Source: Candidatus Thalassarchaeaceae archaeon
GTDB taxonomy: Archaea > Thermoplasmatota > Poseidoniia > Poseidoniales > Thalassarchaeaceae
Reading direction: 5' to 3'
DNA length: 64,000 nt
NCBI GenBank assembly: GCA_045568115.1
Contig: JBJLBO010000001.1
Location: 82,213 to 146,212, forward strand
Below the pieces are notes generated by a model. That model did no database searches and had not been told where the DNA came from. It saw nothing but the letters and a program-made list of their open reading frames with translations. The translations under genes were made by a program, and so were the position numbers. Position 1 is the stretch's first letter. Each line of letters opens with the position of its first letter. This document shows, in pieces, positions 39,965 through 50,069 of this stretch.

Positions 39965-42900
39965 TCCGTTGTCCAATTTAATGGTCCAAACCAAACTGAG
40001 TTTTCCTCATTCGAGGCCTGTATTCTGCCGTAATAATTGGTTCCGCAGCAGGTCAGCCCAGAAACAATTTGTGAATCATTACCAACTGTTGTACTCCCAA
40101 AACTAGTGCTACTATCCCAACCTGAAGTTTGGTTACCCATGTCAGTTGTACCGTAATAGAATGTCAGAGTTGTATTCGTTCCATTATCATAAGTCTCCCA
40201 TGATATTGTAGTAGAAGTAGCATCAGATGGATCTGGTGAAGAAAGATTACGAAGAATGGCATCGTAAACGAAATATTCTCCTCGTAATGGATCATCAACC
40301 CAAACTGGAAGATGAGAAAGAGAATCAAAAGTGTTCTGTGTAAGTGGGAAGCCCCAAGCTGAGTGATATGGGGCTAGATTGTATCCTGTGGCGTTAGATA
40401 GGTGCATAACCCAGGCATTGAACTCTTCAGTGTCATTCGTAGGCACTTGTAAAGATGGTAGTGTGTAGTAGACAGATAGTGCTTCGGTAATTGGGTCCCA
40501 CCCCCATTCCTCCTTAATCAGAATGTAAGTATCCAAAGCTATCCAAACAGACCAGTTGGAGATATTTGAACCATCATCGAAGTAAGATTCCATCCTAGTA
40601 GCCCTCTGTTCGGGATCAACAGCGCTATGGCCCTCTACACCGACCAAATCCTCCATAAGATGGACACTAGCAAAATTGCAACCAGTCTCGGTAGTCCCAG
40701 GTAGAGTTGAAGGCATCCACTGATGATTATGTCCTAATTCATGGAACATTCCCCAATCTCCGTTCTCACTCATGTGATCATAATCTACTACATCGGCTAC
40801 AGATAAATCATGAGCCATGAATGGATAACCTGAATGCATCCAACCTGCTGATATTTGGGCATCGAAAACCGCTCTCTCAACTCTTGGCCAAGGGGTGAAA
40901 CCGTAGAGTTCGTGTTCCATATCTAGAGCATCATCCCACCACTGCATTAATTGAAATGGATTATTGAGATTACGTATTTCATCGCTTGGAACGGTCAAAA
41001 TGAAATTATCGCTAACTAATTCCGCCCAAGGTGCTGGTTGATCTCTCTCAGAGTATAACCACTCAAAATCAGAGGTCACGCCCAATGTATACATAGGAGC
41101 TCTGACTGCTCCAGAAATTGTTATTTCGAATAAACCAAAGTCAGAACCTGCGGGAATCGAAGCATAGATGGGACCACCAAATGCGTTACCAACTTCTGTA
41201 GTAGTATTGTCAATCGACCATGTTCGATAAATTTTCGAGTGCCTTTTGATCACATCTTTGTGCCATAGTCCATCTGTATGTGCTCCAATCAAAATATCAA
41301 ATCCCAGTTCTGAGACTTGTTGGGTTACTGAAATAGTAATTATTTCGCCGGGTGGAGCATAGAGACCTGTTGACATCCTTAGAGCACTTCTTGCACCAGA
41401 ATAACCGAAATTACTTGGAAGGCCACTTTGAGTTCCATTGATGAAAACTATTTCCGAAACTCGAGTCGCGTCTGCTGGCACTTCACCTGGGAATTCTACA
41501 TGGCTAGGGTGTACGGGTAACTCATCAGCAGGTAGTCCAGACATCAGTGCTTCTTCCAGACGTAAAATTATGTCTGCAACAGAATCTTCACCTAGTTCAT
41601 GACCGGTGGAGCTCCAAAGTGTGGAATAGGGGATCACTGTATATCCTGTTTGGTTCACCAAGTGACGTAAAGGACTCCAAAAATCAGTATAATCAAGAGT
41701 CACGATTCCTGTGCAATGTGAAAGTGCCGAGTAGGCAGTCGCCGCATTGTCAGCATCCATATCTACACCATCTACTCGGTCTGCAAGCACGCCAGCAATG
41801 GCATTACTAATTGTTGAGTACTCATCAGGCATGTTTTGGAAATATACATCATTGTCACCCCAATCGCTGGAGACAAAAAGGCCAGTAGTTTTTGCAATCT
41901 TATTTCCGGGATAATTGTGAGCAACATCGGAATTTGAATAGGACCAATACCAAGCATGACCACCCATTATCAGACCGCCGCCGGCAAGCATGAATTCAGT
42001 CAATGCAGCATTGTCGGAATCATCATGACCATTCCAAAATTCATCAAGTAAGCAATCGATGCCACCGAGATCAGCAGGTGTAATGGAAAAGTGAACATTA
42101 TGCCCTGCGTCTCGCAATTCATCCTCAAAGCCATCAAAGCCAGCACCATAGGCTAATCCAACTTCGGCATTCTCACCGCAAACCCAATCAACTGCCCTTA
42201 GAGAGAAGGGGTGATCGGTGGAGTCAACCCAACTTTCGTGTCCATAACCCAACATCTTGCCTTTTCCAACATGTCCAGCAGATACTACAGGAATGCCACT
42301 TGACTCAAAGGCTACTGGGAATGCCCATTCACCAATAGGTAAGATTGGTGAAGGCCAGCCACCCCAATCGGCCTCAGTCATCCCCCTCAGTAAGTCACTC
42401 TGATCAGCGCGTAAATCGTGAACCACAATCCAAATATTGAGAGCCACACTACCCCCTGTGTTGGTTGCTGTAATTGTATATTCAGTCCAATCTGTACGAT
42501 ATGCAGGAGTGCCAGAAATGCTGCCATTTTCCAATAATAGCATCCCCTGAGGGAGGGGTGGCTCGATTGACCATGATTCAATATCTGGCCCATCATTTGT
42601 TACCTGAATAAATATTGACTCATTCGAAGCAAAAGCAAAATCATTTCCTTCCCAATAAATAAGATCAGGTGGTGCACTGGTAATTTTGAATCGGACTGTT
42701 GTATAGGTTGAACCACCGGTGTTGTTAGCCCAGATATTATGGGTTGACCAATCCTGAATATTTTCAGCGGTTCCTGAAATTGTTCCATTATAGACATCAA
42801 AAATGAATCCTGAAGGAAGAACTGGTTCAATTTGCCAAGAATCTGGTGTACCACCTGAATAATTGGGTTCTATCCAACCAATACTTTGGTCTATCTCTAA

Positions 42901-43953
42901 GTCAATTTCGTAAGGTGAATATTGAATATTAGATACAGCAATGTCTGAAACGCTAATCAATACCTCAACATTGATTGAACCTGCTGTGTTTGTTGCTGTA
43001 ACAAGATAAGTAGTGAGAGATTGTACAATACTTGGCGTCCCCCTAATCGAACCATCTATCTGATGAAGAGTCAGTCCATCTGGCAAGGGAGGTTCAACAG
43101 ACCAAGACACTATCTCTCCACCACTGGTGAAAGGAATCTGCTGGAAGCTACTTCCTATCCTAAGTTCAAACCGATTCGCGTCATAACTCAGCCCCATGGG
43201 CGGGTCATGCAAAATAATAATTCGAATAATAACGCTTTCTTCACCAGCCTGATTGCTAGCAGTAATGGTATGGTTAGAATCGCCTAAGTGTGAAGGAGAA
43301 CCCTCAATCGATCCATCTTGCAGCAGAATTATTCCATGAGGTAGTGAAGGGGACACACTCCAACTTTCGACATTTCCTCCACCTACAGAAGGAGGTAGAA
43401 GAGAGCAATACTTGTCTAACACACAATCAATTATAATGGAAGAATATTCAATATTAGAGGGAGGGGGTGAAATGATTTCAATATCTATTGAGGTACTTAT
43501 TGAACCCATGAAATTTGAGGCAACAATTGTGTATTTGGTATTCTGGGAAGGCGCAGTAGGAACTCCGAAAATAACACCTGTTTCTCTATCTATAACAAGA
43601 CCATTGGGTAAATTTGGATTGATGAGCCACGTATCAGGGCCATCTCCGAGAAATGATGGAGTCAGGGCCTGCATTTCATTTGCAACTTGTAATGTGATAG
43701 ATTCTTCTCCATACGTCAAATCACTGGGTTTCGTCATTTGTCGACAAGAATCACCTGTGAATATCTCGTCTATGCGACAATCATCAGCAGTTATCGAGTC
43801 ATCTACACAATCCGAATGATTAGGTTGTACGACACAATCAACAATATCTGGAAGTTCTTCCTGTTGGTCAAAAAGACCCATGCAACCCGAACTTAGCATC
43901 AAAAATGTAAGGAGAATTGCACAGTTGGCCTTAGTGCTCATAGTTCCGACCAC
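39949..43953 (-). CDS. M60-family (enhancin/TCAF-like) zinc metallopeptidase lipoprotein with about five putative Ig repeats
   Basis: Lipobox-like SSGC; LPxGL..G.I.GTP..Y.I.A.N Ig repeats; STGLYAPPG, GGPIY, APWAEL, MHSGYP, WGMFHELGHNHQ (HExxH) with downstream TETGCN. Alternative ATG start at 43941. Confidence 0.9.
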   Translation of the reverse strand: MVGTMSTKANCAILLTFLMLSSGCMGLFDQQEELPDIVDCVVQPNHSDCVDDSITADDCRIDEIFTGDSCRQMTKPSDLTYGEESITLQVANEMQALTPSFLGDGPDTWLINPNLPNGLVIDRETGVIFGVPTAPSQNTKYTIVASNFMGSISTSIDIEIISPPPSNIEYSSIIIDCVLDKYCSLLPPSVGGGNVESWSVSPSLPHGIILLQDGSIEGSPSHLGDSNHTITASNQAGEESVIIRIIILHDPPMGLSYDANRFELRIGSSFQQIPFTSGGEIVSWSVEPPLPDGLTLHQIDGSIRGTPSIVQSLTTYLVTATNTAGSINVEVLISVSDIAVSNIQYSPYEIDLEIDQSIGWIEPNYSGGTPDSWQIEPVLPSGFIFDVYNGTISGTAENIQDWSTHNIWANNTGGSTYTTVRFKITSAPPDLIYWEGNDFAFASNESIFIQVTNDGPDIESWSIEPPLPQGMLLLENGSISGTPAYRTDWTEYTITATNTGGSVALNIWIVVHDLRADQSDLLRGMTEADWGGWPSPILPIGEWAFPVAFESSGIPVVSAGHVGKGKMLGYGHESWVDSTDHPFSLRAVDWVCGENAEVGLAYGAGFDGFEDELRDAGHNVHFSITPADLGGIDCLLDEFWNGHDDSDNAALTEFMLAGGGLIMGGHAWYWSYSNSDVAHNYPGNKIAKTTGLFVSSDWGDNDVYFQNMPDEYSTISNAIAGVLADRVDGVDMDADNAATAYSALSHCTGIVTLDYTDFWSPLRHLVNQTGYTVIPYSTLWSSTGHELGEDSVADIILRLEEALMSGLPADELPVHPSHVEFPGEVPADATRVSEIVFINGTQSGLPSNFGYSGARSALRMSTGLYAPPGEIITISVTQQVSELGFDILIGAHTDGLWHKDVIKRHSKIYRTWSIDNTTTEVGNAFGGPIYASIPAGSDFGLFEITISGAVRAPMYTLGVTSDFEWLYSERDQPAPWAELVSDNFILTVPSDEIRNLNNPFQLMQWWDDALDMEHELYGFTPWPRVERAVFDAQISAGWMHSGYPFMAHDLSVADVVDYDHMSENGDWGMFHELGHNHQWMPSTLPGTTETGCNFASVHLMEDLVGVEGHSAVDPEQRATRMESYFDDGSNISNWSVWIALDTYILIKEEWGWDPITEALSVYYTLPSLQVPTNDTEEFNAWVMHLSNATGYNLAPYHSAWGFPLTQNTFDSLSHLPVWVDDPLRGEYFVYDAILRNLSSPDPSDATSTTISWETYDNGTNTTLTFYYGTTDMGNQTSGWDSSTSFGSTTVGNDSQIVSGLTCCGTNYYGRIQASNEENSVWFGPLNWTTDYLAD

Positions 43954-43992
43954 CTATGGTGGTCGAAATAAATATACTCCAAGTCATCAATA

Positions 43993-45274
43993 TTACAGAC
44001 TAGGGTATGCAGGCCCCTCTTCAAGACAATAATGAACAATTTGGAATTGTGACTTAAACTCTGCAACATCAGCACGCACACTTGCAGAATCCTCTTCTGC
44101 AATCAATGAACGGGCAAAGAAATGGGCAACATCTTGCATCTCATCTACACCCATACCAACTCTAGTCAACTCAGGCACACCAAGCCGCAAACCACTAGGT
44201 CCTGACATAGCCTTGGTGTCTCCTGGAAGCATATTCATGTTAGTAATAATTCCACAGTCCTCAAGAATTTGGGCTGCTCGCATTCCGGCACCTGAATCAG
44301 GACCTCCATGACGAGTTAGCACCTGATGACTTTCTGTGAAGCCACGTTCCTCGGCGAGTACATCAAATCCTTCTGCAGATAATGCTGTACCCAATGCCTT
44401 AGCATTCTCCACAATGTCACGAGCATAATCAACACCGTGGGCTTCAAACTCTGCTAGTGCAACAGCCTTTCCAGCCACATGATGAAGATGGTATGATGAA
44501 CAAGTCCCTGGGAATATCGAATTGTTTAGTTTCTTGTGGAAGGGCCTCGTCTTCCGAATCAGAAAGAACGAATCCACCCTGGGGTCCTGGGAAGGTTTTG
44601 TGGCTTGAACCAGTCATCACATCCGCACCCTCGTGTAGAGGGTCTTGGAATTGACCACCGGCAATTAGACCTAGAACATGCGCCCCGTCATACATAACTT
44701 TGGCACCTACCTCGTGAGCTGCATCAGATAGTTCTCGCAAGGGTGTAGGGAATAGGAATACCGATTGGCCAAAAAGAGCCAATTGAGGCTTGGTTTCTCT
44801 TATCAATTTACAGGCGGCATCAACATCAGGTTCCATTCGCTCTTCATCCCATGGATAAGTTACGAGATCAAGTCCTCGGAGCCCTACAGCACCCATTCGT
44901 GCGTGAGAAATATGTCCTCCATCTGCAGTTGAAACTGCTGTAATTGTGTCACCAGGTTTAACCAGTGCTTTCAGAGCACCAATATTTGATACGGTTCCCG
45001 ATGTTGACTGAATGTTAGCAAATCTGCAGTTGAATACACGCCTAGCAGATTCGATACCAATGCTCTCAATCGTATCAAAATCATCACAACCTTGGTAGTA
45101 GCGTTTCCCAGGCAGGCCTTCTGCATATCTGCCATGAAGGTCCGAATTAACAGCTTTCGCGACGAGAGGAGATAGTATGTTTTCGCTGGCTATCATTGGT
45201 AAAGAATCTCGATAGTGGCGGCCCGAAGCCTCGACCGCTTCTTGAACTGCAGTAGCTTGTTCATGAGGATTCAT
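43993..45274 (-). pseudogene. glyA: Serine hydroxymethyltransferase split by a single-base frameshift (true pseudogene or sequence error)
   Basis: The N-terminal part has MIASEN, RYAEGLPGKRYYQG, GGHISH, YDGAH and SSHKTFPGPQGG. The C-terminal part (FHKKLNNSIFPG..PSGLRLG) is in another frame. Removing one G from GGG at 44542-44544 fuses the two. Confidence 0.85.
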
Positions 45275-45380
45275 ACCCTCTGCTTGAGCATTAGGTCAAA
45301 GAGGATGTTGGTTCAACCTTCAGGGAAATTACAGAGTCAATGTGGGTGAATTATTTCAATCCCGCCTCACTTCCTCGCCC

Positions 45381-48164
45381 ATGAACGGTTCTGCGAAGCC
45401 CCTGACTCTACTAATTGCCTTACTTCTAGTGATGATTCCACCAACTGTTTTGGCGGATGATTCGGATGGGGATGGGGTAGACGATTCAAACGATGCTTTT
45501 CCCAATGACCCTTGTGCAGATACTGACACAGATGGTGATGGAATGCCTGATTCGATTAGTTGCCCCGGGTCTGGAGGAGTAGTATCATACACTTCTTTTG
45601 AAGACCCGTTTACAATCTCCAATGTGTATTATACAGACACTGGTGACCAGAGTGTGGACCGATATCTCTGGAATAATATCAACGAACCTCATGTCGCTCA
45701 TAACCAATCCACTGGCTCTGAAATGGGTTTCTCACTGTACTACGAGTCCACCGGTGGAGTGGGATTGACTGATGGCGACTACTTTGGAACGGTGAACTAC
45801 ACTGGAACGGTTGGGAATTTCAGTCAAGGAACACAAGGATACCAGATGAGTGATGTTGATGGAACTGCAACCTTGACTCTTGACGATGTTACAGCGGATT
45901 CAATGACTTTCGATGTTTATGTTCAAGGTACAGGTAGCGGTAGTAATCCCAATAGCTACGAGAACGCAGACAATCTAATCATCAGATTTGTAGGAGGTTC
46001 CTCGACACTTGAGCTGGTAAATGTAACCGGCGCTACTGGATCCAGCAATAACGGTGGTTTTGCTCCCTACATGGGAATTTGGACTAGCTTCACTTCGAAC
46101 ATTAGCTCGCTTGGCCAGGGTAATTTAGAATTTGAATTCACTTCTAATTCAGGCAGTGAATCAGTCTACATCGATAATGTTACTTTCTCAAGCAGTAGCG
46201 GGGGTGGAACTGGAAGTACTACTCTAACTGAGGATTTAGATGATGATGATGATGGATGGAGTGACTTAGATGAAGCTGCATGTAATACTAATTCTCTAGA
46301 TAATTCATCAACTCCAGTTGACACAGATACCGATGGAACATGCAATGCCCTCGATAATGATGATGACGGAGATGGAGTAGACGATTCTAGTGATTGCGCA
46401 CCTCTTGACTCAAGTGAGAGTTCGGACAATGATGGTGACGGAATCTGTGATGGTCAAGACACTGATGATGACAATGATGGCTCATCCGACTCAACTGAAA
46501 TTGCCTGTGGAAGTGACCCCATGGATGGAAGCAGTATTCCTATGGATACCGACAATGATGGGAATTGTGATGCCTTGGATGATGATGATGACGGAGATGG
46601 CACCATTGACGCTAACGATTGTGCACCCTTAGACGGAAGTAAGGCAATTGATACAGATAATGATGGAATTTGCGACGTTGATGATGATGATGACGATGGT
46701 GACTCGTGGACTGATCTAGAAGAAGCAGATTGTGGAACTGATCCGCTAGATGGAAACAGCATTCCAGCAGATTCTGACGGAGATGGAATTTGTGATGTAC
46801 TAGATCAGGATGATGATGGAGATGGATACATCAACTCACAGGATGCTTTTCCTTCTGACCCTACTGAATGGAATAACACAGATGCATCCTGTACAACTGA
46901 ATGTATTGCAGATGCAATCGGTGACAACCAAGATACTGATGACGATGGTGATGGAGTACTCGATACAATCGATGCATTCCCACGTGACTACACAGAATCT
47001 GCAGATACTGACGGTGATGGCATTGGAAACAATGCTGACACCGACGACGATGGAGATGGTGTAGAAGATACTATGGAAACTAATTGTGGTAGCGACCCTC
47101 GAGATGGAAGTAGTATTCCAGCAGATTATGATAATGATGGACTGTGTGATGTTCTAGATGATGATGATGATAACGACAACGTTCCCGATTTGGATGATGC
47201 TTTCCCTCTAGACAATACTGAAGATACCGATACTGACGATGATGATATTGGAAATAATGCTGACACTGACGATGATGGAGATGGCGTAGAAGATAGTGTC
47301 GATTGTGCGCCTCTAGATGCCAGCGATTGGGATGATACTGACAACGACCAAATTTGTGACGGCCAAGATGACGATGATGATGGTGACGGGGTAGACGACA
47401 GTGTCGATTGCGCACCTCTAGATGTCAGCGATTGGGATGATACTGACAACGACCAAATTTGTGACGGTCAAGATGACGATGATGATGGAGATGGTGTTTC
47501 AGATGTTAACGAAATTGCTTGTGCATCGGATCCAAAAGATAGTTCCTCATTACCATTAGACTCAGACACGGATGGAGAATGTGACTCAACTGACGAAGAC
47601 GATGATGGAGATGGTATAGAAGATAGTGTCGATTGTGCTCCTCAAGACTCAAATGATTGGCTTGATACTGACAACGATGATTTGTGTGATTCACAAGATA
47701 GCGATGACGATGGCGACTTGTGGCCTGATGATATAGAAACAAACTGCGGATCTGATACTCTTGATAGCAATTCTATTCCCGATGACTTGGATAATGATGG
47801 AATGTGTGATCTGCAAGATCCTGATGATGATGGAGATGGATTCGGAGATGCTGACGACGCATTTGAAAGAGATTCTACAGAATGGAGTGACTTCGACTCA
47901 GATGGCACAGGAGATAATGCAGATACAGATGATGATAACGATTCTTGGAGTGATTCAGATGAAGATTCCTGTGGGTCAAATTCACTGGATTCATCATCCA
48001 TCCCAGATGACATTGATGGTGATGGAATTTGTGATTCTTTAGATTCAGACAATACAGATGGACCTGATTATGTAGCCCCAGATGAGACTCCTGGATTTGG
48101 GGCTATTCTAGGCACTCTAGCAATATTGTCAGCTATGCTAGTAGCTAGAAGACGAATTGAATGA
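45381..48164 (+). CDS. Thrombospondin type 3-like repeat cell-surface protein with PGF-CTERM sorting signal
   Basis: Signal peptide; one beta-sandwich domain; long DxDxDG/Cys repeat array; C-terminal TPGF + TM + RRR. The track start is GTG 45342. Confidence 0.88.
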   Translation: MNGSAKPLTLLIALLLVMIPPTVLADDSDGDGVDDSNDAFPNDPCADTDTDGDGMPDSISCPGSGGVVSYTSFEDPFTISNVYYTDTGDQSVDRYLWNNINEPHVAHNQSTGSEMGFSLYYESTGGVGLTDGDYFGTVNYTGTVGNFSQGTQGYQMSDVDGTATLTLDDVTADSMTFDVYVQGTGSGSNPNSYENADNLIIRFVGGSSTLELVNVTGATGSSNNGGFAPYMGIWTSFTSNISSLGQGNLEFEFTSNSGSESVYIDNVTFSSSSGGGTGSTTLTEDLDDDDDGWSDLDEAACNTNSLDNSSTPVDTDTDGTCNALDNDDDGDGVDDSSDCAPLDSSESSDNDGDGICDGQDTDDDNDGSSDSTEIACGSDPMDGSSIPMDTDNDGNCDALDDDDDGDGTIDANDCAPLDGSKAIDTDNDGICDVDDDDDDGDSWTDLEEADCGTDPLDGNSIPADSDGDGICDVLDQDDDGDGYINSQDAFPSDPTEWNNTDASCTTECIADAIGDNQDTDDDGDGVLDTIDAFPRDYTESADTDGDGIGNNADTDDDGDGVEDTMETNCGSDPRDGSSIPADYDNDGLCDVLDDDDDNDNVPDLDDAFPLDNTEDTDTDDDDIGNNADTDDDGDGVEDSVDCAPLDASDWDDTDNDQICDGQDDDDDGDGVDDSVDCAPLDVSDWDDTDNDQICDGQDDDDDGDGVSDVNEIACASDPKDSSSLPLDSDTDGECDSTDEDDDGDGIEDSVDCAPQDSNDWLDTDNDDLCDSQDSDDDGDLWPDDIETNCGSDTLDSNSIPDDLDNDGMCDLQDPDDDGDGFGDADDAFERDSTEWSDFDSDGTGDNADTDDDNDSWSDSDEDSCGSNSLDSSSIPDDIDGDGICDSLDSDNTDGPDYVAPDETPGFGAILGTLAILSAMLVARRRIE
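47295..47496 (+). repeat. Near-identical 105-bp tandem duplication within the TSP3-like gene
   Basis: Copies begin at 47295 and 47400, each encoding SVDCAPLD[A/V]SDWDDTDNDQICDGQDDDDDGDGV. Confidence 0.85.
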
Positions 48165-48240
48165 TGGCGCCGACAGCAGGACTCGAACCTGCGACCTGTG
48201 GATTAACAGTCCACCGCTCCACCAACTAAGCTATGTCGGC
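48165..48240 (-). tRNA. tRNA-Asn (GTT)
   Basis: GCCGACATAGCTTAGTTGGTGGAGCG GTGGA-CTGTTAA-TCCAC AGGTC GCAGGTTCGAGTCCTGC TGTCGGC GCCA. Confidence 0.96.
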
Positions 48241-48287
48241 CCAGCCCTGCGCCGGTTCTCCCCTTCATGAACGAATCGGCTGTAATG

Positions 48288-48572
48288 TCAAGACTCAGAA
48301 TCGAGTAATCGCTGTTTGGCAGCAATTCCGCCCTCAGCACTGTATCCACCCAATGTGCCATCGCTACGAATTACTCTATGGCACGGTACATCAGGAGCAT
48401 CGGGGTTAGCAGCGCACGCATTTGCCACCGCTCTAGCTGAATTTGGATGACCAATTGCCTCGGCGATTTGCTTGTAGGTTCGAGTCTCTCCACGTGGAAT
48501 CAACGTAAGTTGTTCCCAAACCTTTAGTTGGAAAGCTGTACCTTCCATCTCGATGTAATCACTCCCACTCAA
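48288..48572 (-). CDS. ogt: Methylated-DNA--protein-cysteine methyltransferase (MGMT/Ogt C-terminal domain only)
   Basis: GTAFQLKVW, IPRGETRTYKQIA, ARAVANAC and VPCHRVI active site. Confidence 0.88.
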   Translation of the reverse strand: MSGSDYIEMEGTAFQLKVWEQLTLIPRGETRTYKQIAEAIGHPNSARAVANACAANPDAPDVPCHRVIRSDGTLGGYSAEGGIAAKQRLLDSES

Positions 48573-49503
48573 TTGTGCCGGGTGGTTTGTGAGTTATGTC
48601 ATATACAACTCTGTTGACCTGCCCCTTCAAGGTATTGGAAATCTCAGTACTGATTCTCGTAAGAACATCATGAGGGATTGGGGAATATCTGGCACTCATG
48701 CCATCTAGACTGGCGACTGCTCGTACAACAATAGTCTCACCATGCACACGGGCATCTCCATGAACTCCGACTGATCTGACTGGCAATAAAGCAGCAAAAT
48801 ATTGCCACGGCAAGTCACATTCCCCCTCTGCTGCCGCCTCTTGAAGATGAGTTTCAACAATATGGCAGGCTTCACGGCAGGCTTCTACTCGTGGACGAGT
48901 TAAGTCGCCCAAAACACGTACGGCAAGACCAGGGCCAGGAAATGGCTGGCGTTCACTAGACTTGATATTCAATTCACGTGCGATTTCTCTGACTTCATCC
49001 TTGTAGAATTCGTGCAGTGGTTCGACAATAGTCAAGTCTACATCTTCAGGAAGGCCACCAACATTGTGATGACTCTTGATAACATCTCTTTCGCCACCTC
49101 CAGATTCAATCCAGTCTGGTGCGATAGTTCCCTGAACTAGGAATTTAGCTCCGCAATAAGACTGCTCTTCTTCGAAAACCCGAATGAATTGTTCACCGAT
49201 TACCATGCGCTTGGCCTCTGGCTCAGTTACACCCTCTAAATGAGTGAAGAAACGTTCTGAGGCATCAACTACTTTGAGTTCTATTCCCATTTCAGCGAAC
49301 ATTTCTCTTACTTCTTCTGTTTCACCCTTACGCATGAATCCAGTATCAACATAGACGCAGTGTAGCAGACTGCCGACAGCACGGTGAGCCAAGATTGCAG
49401 CAACCGTGCTGTCTATTCCTCCTGAACAAGCAATGATTGCAGTATCATCTATCTTAGACTGTAAGGCCTCTATAGCCTCATCAATGAGCATCTGGGTTTG
49501 CAT
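48559..49503 (-). CDS. guaAB: GMP synthase subunit B (ATP pyrophosphatase)
   Basis: SGGIDS PP-loop, LVQGTIAPD, IKSHHNVGGLP, QPFPGPGLAVR and YDITHKPPGTIEWE; no glutaminase domain. Confidence 0.95.
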   Translation of the reverse strand: MQTQMLIDEAIEALQSKIDDTAIIACSGGIDSTVAAILAHRAVGSLLHCVYVDTGFMRKGETEEVREMFAEMGIELKVVDASERFFTHLEGVTEPEAKRMVIGEQFIRVFEEEQSYCGAKFLVQGTIAPDWIESGGGERDVIKSHHNVGGLPEDVDLTIVEPLHEFYKDEVREIARELNIKSSERQPFPGPGLAVRVLGDLTRPRVEACREACHIVETHLQEAAAEGECDLPWQYFAALLPVRSVGVHGDARVHGETIVVRAVASLDGMSARYSPIPHDVLTRISTEISNTLKGQVNRVVYDITHKPPGTIEWE

Positions 49504-49509
49504 TTGGCT

Positions 49510-49983
49510 TCATCCCTGTATTGATTCATCATCAGCGATAACTTTCGCAGTCATTTTGGCTCTGTATTCTGAATAAGCTGAAGCAAGGGTTGAATCATTA
49601 ACTGCCAAAATCTGCACAGCCAATGCTCCTGCATTGTCTCCCCGATCGACACCTACGGTAGCAACTGGCATTCCGGGTGGCATCTGAACTATCGAAAGTA
49701 GAGAATCAAGAGGGACCTTGCCACCAACTGGAACTCCTATTACAGGTAGATTAGTCATTGAGGCAATCACCCCTGGAAGTGCTGCTGCAACTCCGGCCAT
49801 CCCAATGAAAACTTTGCAGCCAGAAGACTCTGCCGACTCAACAATTCCTTCGAGATACTTCGGTGCTCGGTGAGCGGAAGCAACTCTGATTTCATAATCT
49901 ACATCGAATTGATCTAGTACAGAACGGCACTTCTCAGCAATGGGTAAGTCGGACTTCGAACCTAGAACAACACAGATGTCCAT
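49510..49983 (-). CDS. purE: AIR carboxylase / N5-CAIR mutase
   Basis: [29 protein letters not shown] and [14 protein letters not shown]; start ATG 49983. Confidence 0.95.
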   Translation of the reverse strand: MDICVVLGSKSDLPIAEKCRSVLDQFDVDYEIRVASAHRAPKYLEGIVESAESSGCKVFIGMAGVAAALPGVIASMTNLPVIGVPVGGKVPLDSLLSIVQMPPGMPVATVGVDRGDNAGALAVQILAVNDSTLASAYSEYRAKMTAKVIADDESIQG

Positions 49984-50069
49984 GCTTCGGCGGATTGCGG
50001 CCGGTACAAATGCCTGCCGTAGGCAGTAACTCAAAATCACATAGCAATTTTAGACGCAAAAAAGGATAA

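Noticed and set aside
45356..48052. Ser/Pro-rich and His-rich ORFs on the opposite strand or alternate frames of the TSP3-like gene
   Set aside because: They are shadows of GAT/GAC-rich codon repeats, with no independent coding signal.
46200..48060. Repetitive DNA as a possible CRISPR array
   Set aside because: The repeats are degenerate, in-frame protein repeats with no constant repeat/unique spacer pattern, and there are no cas genes.
48559..49503. GMP synthase lacking its glutaminase domain as a truncation
   Set aside because: A split guaAA/guaAB arrangement is normal in many archaea.
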